A DNA stretch of 63,477 bases, filler included, from Bigelowiella natans CCMP2755 (lineage: Eukaryota; Protista; Cercozoa): assembly GCA_000320545.1 (NCBI GenBank). It is 6 parts of 6 records of this genome, joined end to end, with 100 filler letters (N's around TTAATTAATTAA, not from the genome) between each part and the next. Parts side by side here need not be neighbours in the genome. Positions count along the whole stretch, not along the records: positions 58,814 to 63,477 come from ADNK01001440.1; 5 more parts are not named here. One strand, given 5' to 3'. Below the pieces are notes generated by a model. The model was given only the letters and a program-made list of their open reading frames with translations, searched no databases and had not been told where the DNA came from. This document shows, one piece after another, positions 63,095 to 63,477 of the stretch (position 1 is the stretch's first letter; the number at the start of each line of letters is the position of its first letter). A program made the position numbers and the translations under genes.

Positions 63095-63477
63095 GTCCCG
63101 TTTGGTGTTAGCACAGACGGGGAGGGGGCAACGAAAAAGGGGGGGAGGGGGGGGGGGGGGGAAAGGGGGGAAAGCAGAGAGACAATTCACACCACCTCCT
63201 CCTTTCCCCCCCCCCCTCCCAAAAACACGGAAGGCCAAATTTTTCCATAAAACTTACACCAATGGGTTGGTGGGGTGCACAGAGGGACATCCTCCTAAAC
63301 CCCACCTTTTCTGGGCCTTTCCCCCTGCCCAAGCGCGCTTTTTATTTACCGAGCTGAAAGGCCCTCCCCGTGAGGTGAAACGCCATGGGTGGGACCAAAA
63401 GGCTAACCGAACCCCTAAAAACCACCCTTCCACCCATGGACACCCCGAAAAAAAAGCGGGGGGGGGGGGGGGGGGGA

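Noticed and set aside
100-63332. Hundreds of short ORFs with poly-HT, YI, CV, RE, SL, S, H or K runs
   Set aside because: They are translations of intronic microsatellites or antisense shadows of real exons.
1-63477. tRNA, rRNA, telomeric repeats, intact transposase or reverse transcriptase
   Set aside because: No T-loop/anticodon structure, rRNA signature, telomere array or RT/DDE motif was seen by eye; tRNAscan-SE, Infernal and RepeatModeler would be needed to exclude them.

Overview
This is intron-rich eukaryotic (protist) nuclear DNA, not prokaryotic. It consists of six contigs joined by artificial 100-bp linkers (N44-TTAATTAATTAA-N44), so adjacency across the linkers is unverified. Genes are split into short GT-AG exons, and many introns are filled with microsatellites, so most ORFs in the supplied track are artefacts. 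By manual splicing I recognise an ALDH9/BetB-type aldehyde dehydrogenase, a JMJD8-like JmjC protein, an intronless acyltransferase-3, a kinesin motor (5' part), a Ras-family GTPase, SAYSD1 with a SEC-C tail, a C2H2 zinc-finger protein, a STAND-like NTPase, a sugar porter (3' part), a PP2A B'' subunit (3' part), a probable membrane RING-E3-like protein, an SMP-30/gluconolactonase, a STI1-domain protein with a bipartite plastid-type presequence, a spliced homologue of the bacterial AAA-ATPase_like (PF09820) family, and several orphan genes. The bipartite presequence suggests an alga with a secondary plastid, possibly a chlorarachniophyte; this is inference only. The best leads are: (1) the intronised, possibly mitochondrion-targeted bacterial-type AAA-ATPase-like gene with a degenerate Walker B; (2) the SAYSD1-SEC-C fusion; (3) near-strict alternation of gene orientation, with tracts rich in CTAG/CATG/TGCA marking tail-to-tail intervals; (4) the lone intronless acyltransferase-3; (5) a compact STAND NTPase with a degenerate Walker A. 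I saw no rRNA, tRNA, CRISPR array or intact mobile element. All family assignments come from motif recognition by eye; no searches were run.
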